Shown: positions 40,156 through 50,888 of the stretch, piece after piece | Numbering within the stretch: the stretch's first letter is position 1 | How the letters are laid out: every line of letters starts with the position of its first letter | Assembly (NCBI GenBank): GCA_016928235.1 | Contig: JAFGLD010000205.1 | Location: 1,348 to 65,347 of the forward strand | Source of the DNA: Anaerolineae bacterium | Lineage (GTDB): Bacteria > Chloroflexota > Anaerolineae > Aggregatilineales > UBA3940 | Reading direction: 5' to 3' | Length of the DNA: 64,000 nucleotides | Made by a program: the position numbers and the translations under genes | Notes under the pieces: generated by a model | The model's database searches: none | The model's input: the letters and a program-made list of their open reading frames with translations, nothing else | Told to the model about the DNA's origin: nothing

Positions 40156-41349
40156 ATGACCTCATCCAAAAACGTCTGGATATTATCCGCTACGCTGGTC
40201 ATCATCATGCTTGGCTATGGCATGGTTCAACCGCTATTCCCTTTCCTGGTCAAGCAGTTCGGAGCGAGCGGCAAAGATTTAGGGCTGCTTATCTCGGCGT
40301 ACGCGGTGATGCAGCTGATCTTCGCGCCATTGTGGGGCGGCCTGTCGGATCGGGTAGGTCGCAAACCCATCTTGGCAATCGGCATCCTGGGGTACAGCCT
40401 GGCCATGCTCCTGTTCGGGCTCTCAACTGAGTGGTGGATGCTGTTTCTGTCACGTACACTCTCAGGGATTCTCTCCTCAGCCACGCTGCCCACGGCCATG
40501 GCCTACATCAGCGACAGCACCAGCGAGAAGGAGCGCGGCAGCAGTATGGGAATCCTGGGGGCGGCGATGGCGGTAGGGGTCATCTTAGGCCCGGGTATCG
40601 GAGGATGGCTGGCCAGGGTGTCACTGTCCACGCCGTTCTTTCTCGGTTCCGGCATTGCGTTTTTGTCTTTTCTCTCTGTGTGGATCTGGCTGCCCGAATC
40701 GCTGCTACCAGAGCTGCGCCGCACCACCCAAGACAAGCCACCTATCTTTCAACTAACGTACTGGCGCGAAGCGCTGCGGGGCCCATTAGCCGGCTTGTTG
40801 CTGCTGACGCTGATGGTCAGCTTTGGCATGACCAATTTCCAGGGTATCTTTGGCCTGTACGCGCTGCAAAGGTATGGATACGGTTCCGAGCAAATCGGCG
40901 GGATCTTCATGATTTTGGGGTGTGCGATGCTGCTGGCGCAGGGTGTGTTGACCGGTGTCTTGATCAAACGCCTCGGTGAGGTTGCCGTGATACGCCTCTC
41001 TTTGATTGTCACAGTGGTTGGCTTTTTGCTGATGACACTGGCTACAACTTATCTGACGGTCTTGCTGACTACCAGCATTTTCATCCTGGCCATCGCGCTG
41101 CTGGGCCCGGCGCTGAATGCTTTGATCTCGGAACGCACTTCCATGCCGCAAGGCATTACCATGGGGCTTGCCAATGTTTTTACCAGCCTGGGGCGGATTG
41201 TGGGGCCGATATGGGCCGGTTACGTGTTTGACCTGAATATCAACTATCCCTACTTCAGCGGCGCCGCGATTGTATTTGTCGGTTTTTTGGTGAGTTTCAT
41301 TGGGGTTTCGCGAGACGTGGGTGACGCTAAATCTCCTCGTCCAATATGA
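40156..41349 (+). CDS. MFS drug:H+ antiporter (TetA/DHA1-like)
   Basis: GGLSDRVGRKP motif A, AYISDST..ERG, GPGIGG motif C, about 12 TM. Confidence 0.9.
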   Translation: MTSSKNVWILSATLVIIMLGYGMVQPLFPFLVKQFGASGKDLGLLISAYAVMQLIFAPLWGGLSDRVGRKPILAIGILGYSLAMLLFGLSTEWWMLFLSRTLSGILSSATLPTAMAYISDSTSEKERGSSMGILGAAMAVGVILGPGIGGWLARVSLSTPFFLGSGIAFLSFLSVWIWLPESLLPELRRTTQDKPPIFQLTYWREALRGPLAGLLLLTLMVSFGMTNFQGIFGLYALQRYGYGSEQIGGIFMILGCAMLLAQGVLTGVLIKRLGEVAVIRLSLIVTVVGFLLMTLATTYLTVLLTTSIFILAIALLGPALNALISERTSMPQGITMGLANVFTSLGRIVGPIWAGYVFDLNINYPYFSGAAIVFVGFLVSFIGVSRDVGDAKSPRPI

Positions 41350-41782
41350 TGGTCGATTTGCTGTACTTTTGCTCAATACGGACCGCTTCGGTTTTAAGCC
41401 TCTTGGCTTTTCTGATGAGTTGATCAAGTTCAGAGAGATCCTCGACCTGTTCTTTTGGTGCTGGGTCTGGCATGTTTGGCGCTTTGGCCGGTGCTGCATT
41501 TTTGCTCATCTTCGGCAAGCTAAGGGATGGCACTGCCGGTGCTTGATCGAGACTTTCCTCAAGTTGCTTGAGCTTCTCGAATAATGCAGCAGGAGGCTCT
41601 TGATCGGTCTCCTGGAAATACTCGAGCAAGCTTTCGGCGGGCACATACCAGCGCCGCGCCATCTTGCGCCCCTTGAGCCGCCCATCGCTGATGTAGCGCC
41701 GCACGGTGCTGTTGCCAATCCCCAACAGTAGCTCGATATCTTTGACGGTGTAGAGGGTCATCCCCTCCAGACGTATAGGCAT
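41327..41782 (-). CDS. Excisionase/BldC-like HTH protein with charged tail
   Basis: LYTVKDIELLLGIGNSTVRRYISDGRLKGRKMARRWYV. Confidence 0.8.
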   Translation of the reverse strand: MPIRLEGMTLYTVKDIELLLGIGNSTVRRYISDGRLKGRKMARRWYVPAESLLEYFQETDQEPPAALFEKLKQLEESLDQAPAVPSLSLPKMSKNAAPAKAPNMPDPAPKEQVEDLSELDQLIRKAKRLKTEAVRIEQKYSKSTIILDEEI

Positions 41783-41836
41783 TAGACTTCTCCATTCAAT
41801 ATGGCCTGATCGTTGCAAAGTAGCTCTGCCGCAAGC

Positions 41837-42964
41837 TCAGCTTTGTCGATAAACAGGTAGTGTCAAAACAAAACAACTACCACCACCCCCTGGCCTGTTA
41901 AGCCGCTCAATGCGCCCACCATGGAAAGAGGCGATGTGACGAGCAATAGCTAACCCTGCGCCGATGCCCTGCTGTTCGTCCTTGTCCCGGTTGTGCTGGT
42001 AAAAAGGCTGAAATAGATGCTTGCTCCCTTCAGGTGGAATACCTGCGCCTTCATCACAAATCAAGACCGAGATCTCCGCGTCGCGTACTTCCATCAAAAC
42101 CGAAACGTTGGCCTTACTGCCAACAGGTGAAAACTTGATAGCATTTCCTAACAGGTTTGCCAGGGCTACCCTGAGATATTCGGGATCTCCGATCACCGAT
42201 GGCAAAAAGCCATCTGACGCCACATGTAATGTCAGGCCACGCTCTGATGCTGTAGTCTGAAGCTGCGCAACGACTTCCCGAACCAGGCTCCCTAGATCGC
42301 TGATCACTGTCTTACGTTGATCGAATATTTTGCGGCCGTTGCCACTTTCCATCTCGGCCAGCAGCAGTAGGCTCTCGATCAGGCGCGAGAGCCGCTCGCT
42401 GCCGTGCTGAATGCCGTCGATACATTGTCTGAGTTCCTCGGATTGTGCTGATGTCGATGAAGCTGCCATCAACTCGGCGTAGGCAACGATGTAAGTCAGT
42501 GGTGTACGGAATTCGTGGTTGAGGATTTTTAAGATTTGCTGTCGCAGGTTTTCCATCTCCTGTTCTTGCAAGATGCTAAGCCGTCTGCGGCGGCTTAGTG
42601 TAGACTGGACGGCGACCAATAGATCGGGAAGCTCAAAAGGCTTGGTTACGTAATCGTCTACACCGCGCAACTTGCCCGTCCGAATGTCTTCTTTCTCGGC
42701 CCTGGCGGTCAGGAAAATGAAAGGGATCGATACCCACTCTGGGCGCGCCCGGACAGCATTCAGAAACTTGTATCCGTCCATATAAGGCATAGCAATATCT
42801 GAGATGATCAAGTCAGGCGGGATGGAGAGTTGTTCCAATAAGCGAAGCGCCGATCTGCCGTCAGACGCCGCGTAAACCTGGTAGCCCGACATCTCCAGGA
42901 GATCGGTCACACCGCGTAGCAAGGCCTTGTCATCCTCAGCCAGGAGAATGTGGTACTTATCCAT
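41837..42964 (-). CDS. Hybrid receiver-histidine kinase, soluble
   Basis: LLAEDD, ISDIAMP, YVTKPF; HEFRTPL, NLLGNAIKF, DEGAGI, GAGL. Confidence 0.92.
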   Translation of the reverse strand: MDKYHILLAEDDKALLRGVTDLLEMSGYQVYAASDGRSALRLLEQLSIPPDLIISDIAMPYMDGYKFLNAVRARPEWVSIPFIFLTARAEKEDIRTGKLRGVDDYVTKPFELPDLLVAVQSTLSRRRRLSILQEQEMENLRQQILKILNHEFRTPLTYIVAYAELMAASSTSAQSEELRQCIDGIQHGSERLSRLIESLLLLAEMESGNGRKIFDQRKTVISDLGSLVREVVAQLQTTASERGLTLHVASDGFLPSVIGDPEYLRVALANLLGNAIKFSPVGSKANVSVLMEVRDAEISVLICDEGAGIPPEGSKHLFQPFYQHNRDKDEQQGIGAGLAIARHIASFHGGRIERLNRPGGGGSCFVLTLPVYRQS

Positions 42965-43210
42965 AAATCCTCAGCGAATACATCGGCTGCCAATGAGTAT
43001 ATCACACAACACTTTGTTTGATGCGGCCAAGGTCAACACACAAAAAATGGGGTTTGGAAGATAGTGTTCAGGATTGACGGCCAAGAACCGTTATGATTGA
43101 AAATGAGGTGTTTGATACTTTCCTATCCGGCAAGAAAACAACAAGCTTCCAGTTCTCCCCATCATCGAAGCTGAAGATCCTGGAAGCTCAATAGCCGGTG
43201 GGAACAAGCC

Positions 43211-44953
43211 CTATTCGCGAGAACAGTATTGTTGAGCCTGCTCAGGGGACAAAAGCTGCCATTGTTCCATGTTTCGGAAGCGATCGCTGGGATCGACCAA
43301 AATCGTTAGCTGGACACCTTGTATCTGGCAGCTCATGGCATAGTGATAAAGAGGATTGTAGAGCAAAACGGCAGCAGCCTGATCGAGAAACCGTTGCTGG
43401 TAACTGCGATATAACTCGGCTCGCCGCACTCCATTAGGATCCTTGCGGGCAATCTCCAATGCCTCACTGACATCACGATCGCTAAAACCGCCGTAATTCT
43501 GACCGGTCTCTATTTGCGACTCATGCCAGAAAGCATACGGATCCGGGTCGGCCATTCGCCCCTGGCTGAACTCAACCAAAGCAGCATCGAAGTCACGGCC
43601 CTGTTCACCGGCAGGCGTTTGGATACGGTCAAGCAGCTTTTCCGCATCGAGCGTTTTGAGCGTGACATCAATGCCCAACTCGCGCCATTGTTGAACGATC
43701 ATTTCCCCCATTTGGCGATCGGCATTCTGGTTGGTAACCAACAGTGTGAAAGCCAAACGGGTTTCCTCTTTAGTCCGTGTGCTGCCGTCGAGAACCCAGC
43801 CTGCCTCATCGAGGAGTTGTGCCGCAGTTGTTGTATCATGGGAGAGTTGCGTCAAGGAATCGTTGTAGGCCCATGTGCCGGGCAAAATCGTCGAAGTGGC
43901 AGGAATGGCTATCCGTGGAAGGGCCCGCGCAACCAATCCGTCTCTATCGAGCGCCATGACAAGTGCTTTACGAACAGCCACATCCTGGAAGAACGGCAGG
44001 CGAGTCGAAGCCCCCTGGTTAAGGATGACGGCGGCATAAACAGGTAAGCGGGATGTGTAAATCTCCAGCTCAGGGCTCTCCAGTACGCCTTTGAGCTGCG
44101 CCGGTGACAGGCCTCCCAGGGCTTGCACATCAGAGCCAAGAGTCCGGAAAGCCCGATTATCATCGGGGTAAAAGCGTAGATCGATATCTGTTAGTTTGAT
44201 CTGGCGCTGCCGGTCGTAATAATTGGCATAAGGCTCCAGCTTAACGGTGACAGAATTGCTCTGTTCCTGTAACGACGCCCATTGCAGTCTCCCCGTTCCA
44301 ATCGGGCTCAGATTGAATGGCTCGCTGGGTAATTCATCAGGTGAAACCCCACCCAGCAGATGCTCCGGCAAGATTCCAATGCCCGCGTATTCAGGGAAAG
44401 CGGAAAGTGGCTGTGTAAGCACAAACTTTACCGTTGTCTCGTCCTCTGCATAGGTTTCGACGGTACGCCAGAAGGCACCCAAATCGGCCGGCCCAGGAAA
44501 ATCCGGATCGCGGAGCAGTGCCATTGTGAAAGTGACATCGTCAGCCGTAAAGGGTGTTCCATCGTGCCATGTCACATCGGCGCGGAGGTTGAAAATGTAG
44601 GTCAGACCATCGGAGCTGATCTCCCAGTTCGATGCCAGATCGGGAGCAGGCTGGCCATATCCATCGATGCGCGTCAGGCCGGAAAAGAGCAATGACACCA
44701 GATCGCGATCGGCTTGCGAGACGGCCAGGATTGGGTTAACCCAGAGAGGCTTGCCGACAATTGCCTCAGTGTAGGTCTGTGTCGTCGACAAAGAAACTTC
44801 ACGTGGGCCGGCCTCATCTTTTTTGCTGACAATCATATACACAATTGCGCCAACGATCATCAACAAGCCGATGATGAGCATGATCACCTGCCAGCGTAAA
44901 TGCCTCGCAGATGAAACAATTGGTGAGTCGGTACTGGGAAGTAATTCGCTCAT
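43211..44953 (-). CDS. Family 5 (OppA/DppA) solute-binding protein, TM-anchored
   Basis: APDLASNWEIS.DGLTY.FNLR..VTWHDG.PFTADDV, PIGTG. Confidence 0.9.
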   Translation of the reverse strand: MSELLPSTDSPIVSSARHLRWQVIMLIIGLLMIVGAIVYMIVSKKDEAGPREVSLSTTQTYTEAIVGKPLWVNPILAVSQADRDLVSLLFSGLTRIDGYGQPAPDLASNWEISSDGLTYIFNLRADVTWHDGTPFTADDVTFTMALLRDPDFPGPADLGAFWRTVETYAEDETTVKFVLTQPLSAFPEYAGIGILPEHLLGGVSPDELPSEPFNLSPIGTGRLQWASLQEQSNSVTVKLEPYANYYDRQRQIKLTDIDLRFYPDDNRAFRTLGSDVQALGGLSPAQLKGVLESPELEIYTSRLPVYAAVILNQGASTRLPFFQDVAVRKALVMALDRDGLVARALPRIAIPATSTILPGTWAYNDSLTQLSHDTTTAAQLLDEAGWVLDGSTRTKEETRLAFTLLVTNQNADRQMGEMIVQQWRELGIDVTLKTLDAEKLLDRIQTPAGEQGRDFDAALVEFSQGRMADPDPYAFWHESQIETGQNYGGFSDRDVSEALEIARKDPNGVRRAELYRSYQQRFLDQAAAVLLYNPLYHYAMSCQIQGVQLTILVDPSDRFRNMEQWQLLSPEQAQQYCSRE

Positions 44954-45045
44954 AGTGATTGATTGAAAGGGAAAAGCCGATATCTAGCGGAGCATGACAT
45001 TCCACCAGATCGGCATAGCGGGTGATACGATCACCGATCGAGGAT

Positions 45046-45282
45046 TTATTTACTCAGAAGAAAAGCACTATAGGCAACCAGAGAAAAGAAAAGGACGGAG
45101 AAGCCGATAGTGATCTGAAACAGTGTTTTTTCCAGGCCACGACGTGTCTTGTACTGACCTGTCATCGAATCACCCCCGAAGAAGCCTCCCATACCTCCCT
45201 TGCTCTGAAGCAAAGTTGCTACAATCAAGGCCACCGCAAGGATAATTAATGCAATATTGATGTAGTTCTGCACGTTATTCAC
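45046..45282 (-). CDS. secG: Preprotein translocase subunit SecG
   Basis: TM-LLQSKGGMGGFFGG...TRRGLEKTL-TM. Confidence 0.92.
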   Translation of the reverse strand: MNNVQNYINIALIILAVALIVATLLQSKGGMGGFFGGDSMTGQYKTRRGLEKTLFQITIGFSVLFFSLVAYSAFLLSK

Positions 45283-45866
45283 CCCAATCCACTGTGTAAG
45301 TTTGGATGCCCATTATAGCGCAGGGAGAGATAGCTATCAAACAGTGATTGTCACTACTCAGCAATCAGCTTTCAGATCTTAGCTTTAGTTTCCGCTAAGT
45401 GCTCGCGAAAAAAGGCGTCCAAGCAGCAAAGCAGGGATCACAAAAGCCGGAAGATCGATCCGGCACCAGAACAAGTATTTGGTTCAGGCTCAAAAAGCCG
45501 TTTTAGACCGGGTAAACCGGATTTGAAATGGCTTGATGGCACTGACGGGCCAGATTTCCCCTCAAAAAGTGGTCAGTGACCGAGTTCTTTTTTCGAAATT
45601 GCATTGGCAATTGGTTAACTTTGGGAAATGGCTGTCCCGCCCGGACGCGGAGCAGGCGTCCGGGTGTTCTTTTTGGATGACGATCCCAAAAGCCGGTTGG
45701 CGTAGGCGGCAAGGTGGCTGTCAGGAAACTCAGGACCGAACCAGCCAACGGGCGCATTCCCAAAATATGACATCTGAACTTATGGGTGCCGGAAAGCTTC
45801 ATCAATATGGACAAGGTGCCTGTTATCCTATCGCATTGGGGTTCCCCACTTTTTGAGAAGATACTT

Positions 45867-46604
45867 CTAATACGAGGAAACTCGGACAGCCTGGCCCATC
45901 ACCTCGCGTGCCCCCGTGTCAACAAACCCGGCCCGCAAGGCTGCCTCGTAAGAAGCAGGGTTATTCTCCGCCACAGCATAGATCGGCGCCACCTTGAGTT
46001 TCATGAGCTCCGTTACCAGCGCAACTATCACGGCCCGCCCATAGCCCTGCTCGCGCTGGCCTTCCTGGACATTGACAAATACTTCGGCAAAGACTGGAGA
46101 TCGCCAATTGATGCCCGCTGTCGCTATGACCTGTGCACCCTGCCTGATCTCAGCACGGGGATGGCCGTCCGGATCGTGACGAGTAGTGACCAGCACATTA
46201 ACTTCAGGGCGGAAACGTGTTGGATCGAGGCGTAGGATCAGGTTGTGGGTAACCTCGCTGAAGGTAACATAGGGCGCAATCCGTTCGAGGATCGGTGACG
46301 GCACAACCATCAAATAGGGGCGAGCAGGCACCAATCCCTCAGAGAGAAGATCAGGCAGTGCGCCCAATCCTCTCATCCGAAGTGTCACGAGCGGACGGAA
46401 TAGATCGAAGCCGGTCTGGCAGCGCGCCAGAAAACCATCGACCATACCCTCCTGATCGCGATGCATGAATAGCGTCGTTCGCTTGGGATCGTGATGAAGC
46501 GCGTAGTAGCTGGCCAATGCATCGGCTGCATCGAACTCGTTAAGCAGTGAGCGTGCATTATCGCGCAGGTAAGAAAGCGTTGCTGGGGTGGATGGTATTG
46601 TCAT
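45867..46604 (-). CDS. GNAT-family acetyltransferase
   Basis: [15 protein letters not shown] motif A, ENNPAS...RAGF. Confidence 0.8.
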   Translation of the reverse strand: MTIPSTPATLSYLRDNARSLLNEFDAADALASYYALHHDPKRTTLFMHRDQEGMVDGFLARCQTGFDLFRPLVTLRMRGLGALPDLLSEGLVPARPYLMVVPSPILERIAPYVTFSEVTHNLILRLDPTRFRPEVNVLVTTRHDPDGHPRAEIRQGAQVIATAGINWRSPVFAEVFVNVQEGQREQGYGRAVIVALVTELMKLKVAPIYAVAENNPASYEAALRAGFVDTGAREVMGQAVRVSSY

Positions 46605-46856
46605 GCCAATTTGAGTCTGGTTGCGAAATGATCGTTTTGGCTCGCCTCGATTATAGGTCGTGACAGCAGAAGTGCAAAATCACGAGCCGGGTATTTGCCT
46701 GCCGGCAGCAATGAACACGGGTCAATCGGATGATCCTATCTGCCGAGCTATCCGGTGTTCCGCAGCCTCAGCAAGATCATGAATGGAGTCAAGGTATAAA
46801 CCGCCAGTGGCTGCTGACATTTACACAACAACAAGATGTTTCAAACAGATCACTGA

Positions 46857-47843
46857 TTACTTTGCCAGCACTGCGGCCAGCTTGAATAACTTTAAGTCGA
46901 GCGGCTTCTTTTTGGTGACAACTTCGGACAGCGGCGTGGCGGTGACCTCGCTTCTGATCAAGCCTACCAGCACACCATATTCGCCCCTGGCCAGGCAGTC
47001 GGTAGCCCCGGCGCCCAGACGAGTCGCCAGGATGCGGTCGAAGGCATTGGGGGTGCCACCACGTTGGACGTGACCAAGATTGGTCACACGCAAGTCAAAG
47101 CCAAGCCGCTCCTCGTGTTGCTTGAAGTAACTCGCCAGCTTCTCAGCATTATAAGCAGCGCCCTCAGCAACTATCACCAAAGCATGTGATTTGCCACGCT
47201 CGTACGCAGCTACCAGTTCCTGGGCAAGCACTTCAGGATCTATTTCGATCTCCGGGATGACAACATATTCAGCGCCCCCGGCCAGCGCGATCATCAACGC
47301 CAGATAACCACAGTCGCGTCCCATCACTTCGACCAGAAAGGCTCGCTGATGAGATGACGCCGTGACTTTAAGACGGTCAACGGCCTCAAGCGCCACATCC
47401 AGCGCGGTATCTACGCCGATGGTGATATCTGATCCATATAGATCGTTATCGATAGTCGATGCCACGCCGACAACGGGAACCCCCATCTCAGAGAGGGCAT
47501 GAGCGCCTGTCTGAGATCCATTACCGCCGATGATCACGAGCGCATCGATCTCATTCTGGTTAAGCGCGCGAACAGCCTTCGAGCGCCCCTCTGCCGTTTT
47601 GAACTCCGGGCAGCGGGCGCTGCCCAACATCGTTCCACCTGCCTGGATGATGTTGCTGACGCTGCGCCGATTCATGGAGATGTAGTCACCGTTGATCAGA
47701 CCTTCGTAGCCTCGCCTGACACCGAAAACTGCCCAGCCCTTTTCGATCCCCGTACGCACGACAGATCGGATGGCCGCATTCATGCCGGGAGCATCGCCTC
47801 CGCTGGTCAACACACCGACTTGCTTGATTGTTTTTTGACTCAT
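46857..47843 (-). CDS. pfkA: ATP-dependent 6-phosphofructokinase
   Basis: TSGGDAPGMN, GGTMLGSAR, TIDND, EVMGRDCG, LGHVQRGG. Confidence 0.95.
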   Translation of the reverse strand: MSQKTIKQVGVLTSGGDAPGMNAAIRSVVRTGIEKGWAVFGVRRGYEGLINGDYISMNRRSVSNIIQAGGTMLGSARCPEFKTAEGRSKAVRALNQNEIDALVIIGGNGSQTGAHALSEMGVPVVGVASTIDNDLYGSDITIGVDTALDVALEAVDRLKVTASSHQRAFLVEVMGRDCGYLALMIALAGGAEYVVIPEIEIDPEVLAQELVAAYERGKSHALVIVAEGAAYNAEKLASYFKQHEERLGFDLRVTNLGHVQRGGTPNAFDRILATRLGAGATDCLARGEYGVLVGLIRSEVTATPLSEVVTKKKPLDLKLFKLAAVLAK

Positions 47844-48002
47844 GTCTACCTTCCCTTACATATATATGGTTGTCCAAATGAGCATCGTCCATGATTGATC
47901 TGTGTTAACCGGCCAAAGCAGAATCCATAAACAATCGATGGCGTCAACCAAAATGGAAATGTTCCAGGAGACTTCATGCCTTACAGCAAGAAATTTGAAC
48001 GG

Positions 48003-48031
48003 TTGACAGGCAGGCTAACCTATGTTACGAT
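48003..48031 (+). promoter_or_regulatory. Sigma70 promoter with extended -10
   Basis: TTGACA-17 nt-TACGAT preceded by TGn. Confidence 0.75.
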
Positions 48032-48037
48032 GCTACC

Positions 48038-48051
48038 TGGAAACGTTTGCA
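48038..48051. promoter_or_regulatory. LacI-family operator
   Basis: TGGAAAC/GTTTGCA palindrome with central CG at the predicted +1. Confidence 0.7.
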
Positions 48052-48274
48052 TAATAAATATTATCAAAATGTCTGCCTCATTTTCTGTTTATTGTCTCAT
48101 TTATTGTCAAAAACACAATCTGGATAAGCAATTTCTAACACGTTGTGATACTATCGAACACACCTATCCTAAAGAAAATCCCATCCAAAAAGGGGGTGAT
48201 GTGTTTCGCAAAATGTGAGTGAATCTGACGTCACAACAGTTATTCAATTTCCAAGTTCTTTTCAGGAGGGAAAG

Positions 48275-50347
48275 ATGCCAAGCAAGAAGGTCAGTCGTCG
48301 TAATTTCCTTCGCCTGGGTACATTGACTGCCGCGGGCGCGGTGCTTGCAGGATGCGGCGCCGGCGAAGTCGTTACTACCGAAGCTCCTAAGCCGACCGAG
48401 AAGGCGACCGAGAAGCCGACCGAGGAAGTGACAGTCGAGGAAACCGCGGAAGTCACCGCGGAACCAACCAGTGCATACAAAGAATCCCCCATGTTAGCCG
48501 ATAAGGTCGCATCCGGCGATCTGCCGCCTGTCGAAGAGCGTCTACCTGAGACACCGAGAGTTGTTGAGGTTCTTGGCGAGATCGGCCAATTCGGCGGCAC
48601 GATGCGACAGGGCTTCACGGGTACCAATCCCGGTTGGGGTGGCATGTGGTATGTCGCAGGCTGGGAATGTTTGACCCAATGGAGTGCTGATTTCTCCGGC
48701 GTCGAGATGAACATCGCCGAGAATATTGAAATCAGCGACGACGTCAAAGAGTTCACCATTCATCTTCGTAAAGGCATGAAGTGGTCAGATGGAGCAGATT
48801 TTACCGCTGACGATATCATGTTCTACATCGATGATATTATCTTCGACACCGACCTCTCGCCTAACGGGGCGGTAGCTGACTGGCTTCCGGCAGATGGCGC
48901 TGATGATTTCAAGGCCGAGAAGATCGACGATTACACTGTCAAGTTCATCTTCGCCAACCCGCATGGTACATTCCTCTATCAAGCAGCACAGTGGAATGGC
49001 CGCCATATCGCTTTCTTCCCCAAGCACTATCTGGAGCAATATCACAAGAAGTACAACGACAAGGTCGATGATTTGCTGGAGGGCGAAGAGGGAATCGAAG
49101 ACTGGATTGGCTTGTTCAACAAGTATGCCGCCGGTCCTACGCAGGATACCCAGCAGTATTTCAATGTTCCTGAGCGGCCGGTGCTCTTCCCTTGGGTTGT
49201 CACCAAGCCGCTGGAAGCCGGCACCACCATTGAGATGGCGCGCAATCCCTTCTACTGGAAGGTCGATGCAGAGGGCAACCAGCTTCCCTACATGGATGGC
49301 ATCACAGGCACGTCCTACCAGGATGATCAGGCCCGGTTGTTGGGAATGCTGAACGGCGATCTGGACTTTGTCAAGGATCCGGGTGGTGACAATCGTATTG
49401 CTTACCATGATGCAGTGGATGAGGGCAAGCCGCTCTATATTCGCTACAACAACAGTGATGGTGCCAACAGCAACACGATTCACTTCAACCGGAACACTCC
49501 TGATGAGGCCAAAGCGGCTATCTTCGAGAACAAAGATTTCCGTATTGGTATGTCCCATGCCATCAACCGCCAGGAAGTCATCGATATCGTCCATAGCGGT
49601 CAGGGTACGCCCTCTCAACAGGGCCCGCTGGACAGCTCACCGCTCTACAACGAGCAGTGTGCCAATCAATACCTCGAATATGACGTGGACCTGGCCAACG
49701 AGTTCCTCGACAAGGTCATCCCCGACAAGGGTTCCGACGGCTACCGTCTGACACCCGATGGCGCGCCTCTGTCCATCATATTCACGATCTCCAACGATCT
49801 GACCTACGGCACGAACTGGGTGCAGGTAGCCGAGCTGCTGATCGGCTATTGGGACAAAGTAGGCGTCAAGGTGGTGTTGAACGCGGTTGCCGATGAGCAG
49901 TACCAGGTCGTCCGGGACGAGAACCAGATGGAAGCAACCGTCTACACTGGTGAAGGTGGCGCGGGCATCACAGCTATCCTGGATCCGCGCTACTACGTGC
50001 CAATGGAGCAGTTCGGCATGTTTGGTAACGGCTGGTTTGGGTGGCGAGTCAAATCAACAACCATTGTTCAGGTTGAGCCGCCCGATTGGGTCAAAGAGTG
50101 GCGCGAGAAGTACGAACAGGAAGTCCTTTTTGCCCCCTCTCAGGAAGCGCAGATCGAGTCCATGAAGGAGATCATCCAGATGGCAGCGGATGAATTCTGG
50201 GTGCTTGGTATTTCGCGACCGGGCAATGGATACTATCCATTCCATACTCGCGTGGCCAACATCCCTGAAACCTGGATCGATGGTTGGATCGAGGGTGTTC
50301 AGAAACTGCTCTATCCTGAGCAGTGGTATCTGACGGAAGAAGTCTAA
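48275..50347 (+). CDS. Family 5 solute-binding lipoprotein with Tat signal (likely oligosaccharide-binding)
   Basis: SRRNFL, LAGC, ESPMLA..V.SGDLPPVEERLPETP, NPFYWKVD.EGNQLPY. Confidence 0.9.
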   Translation: MPSKKVSRRNFLRLGTLTAAGAVLAGCGAGEVVTTEAPKPTEKATEKPTEEVTVEETAEVTAEPTSAYKESPMLADKVASGDLPPVEERLPETPRVVEVLGEIGQFGGTMRQGFTGTNPGWGGMWYVAGWECLTQWSADFSGVEMNIAENIEISDDVKEFTIHLRKGMKWSDGADFTADDIMFYIDDIIFDTDLSPNGAVADWLPADGADDFKAEKIDDYTVKFIFANPHGTFLYQAAQWNGRHIAFFPKHYLEQYHKKYNDKVDDLLEGEEGIEDWIGLFNKYAAGPTQDTQQYFNVPERPVLFPWVVTKPLEAGTTIEMARNPFYWKVDAEGNQLPYMDGITGTSYQDDQARLLGMLNGDLDFVKDPGGDNRIAYHDAVDEGKPLYIRYNNSDGANSNTIHFNRNTPDEAKAAIFENKDFRIGMSHAINRQEVIDIVHSGQGTPSQQGPLDSSPLYNEQCANQYLEYDVDLANEFLDKVIPDKGSDGYRLTPDGAPLSIIFTISNDLTYGTNWVQVAELLIGYWDKVGVKVVLNAVADEQYQVVRDENQMEATVYTGEGGAGITAILDPRYYVPMEQFGMFGNGWFGWRVKSTTIVQVEPPDWVKEWREKYEQEVLFAPSQEAQIESMKEIIQMAADEFWVLGISRPGNGYYPFHTRVANIPETWIDGWIEGVQKLLYPEQWYLTEEV

Positions 50348-50358
50348 GTCTGGAGAAT

Positions 50359-50395
50359 GGGTGCTCTGGCAGTAGGTTGCCGGAGCACCCTCTTT
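50359..50395 (+). terminator. Stem-loop after the SBP gene
   Basis: GGGTGCTCTGGCA / TGCCGGAGCACCC followed by TCTTT. Confidence 0.65.
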
Positions 50396-50888
50396 GATTG
50401 GCCTGGAGCCCCATCCTGTGGGACTTGGGGCTTTTATAGCCCCGCAACAACGGGACCTCGTTTGTCATTGTGGCGATGTTGATGTGGAAACAAGTTGGAT
50501 GATTAAGGCATTTGCAACAGAGCCATTCCCGGCACTTGATCGGCTTGACTCGCCGCGCAGTCTGCTGGTGTGATACCGCATCCTTTGGCCGCGGTTGAGG
50601 TAAGTCTGCCGCTGCGCAGTTGAGGTTTCCCCGTCCTGGCCCAATTATAGATAACTTGTGAGTATGATGGGGATGCCTGCTGGAAGCAATCCAGGTTGAT
50701 GCTGTTACTCCTGTCCAGTTGGATCTTGTCTACTCATGTTTTGACAAGCTCTTCACTCGTTACTTCGGCTTTTCCTGGCTGCGTCTACACACATTCTATT
50801 CGATAAGCCCCAGCCTCTCGCTGGATGTGTGATACGTCGGAAGCCGTCAAGACAGTGGGCTGCGTGAAGCCCCAGAGGTTAAGTACCT

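Noticed and set aside
41327-41782. Prophage or ICE excisionase
   Set aside because: No integrase, att site or phage genes nearby
47510-47535. PfkA GGNGS instead of GGDGS as a sign of inactivation
   Set aside because: GGNG variants occur in functional Pfks and all other motifs are intact
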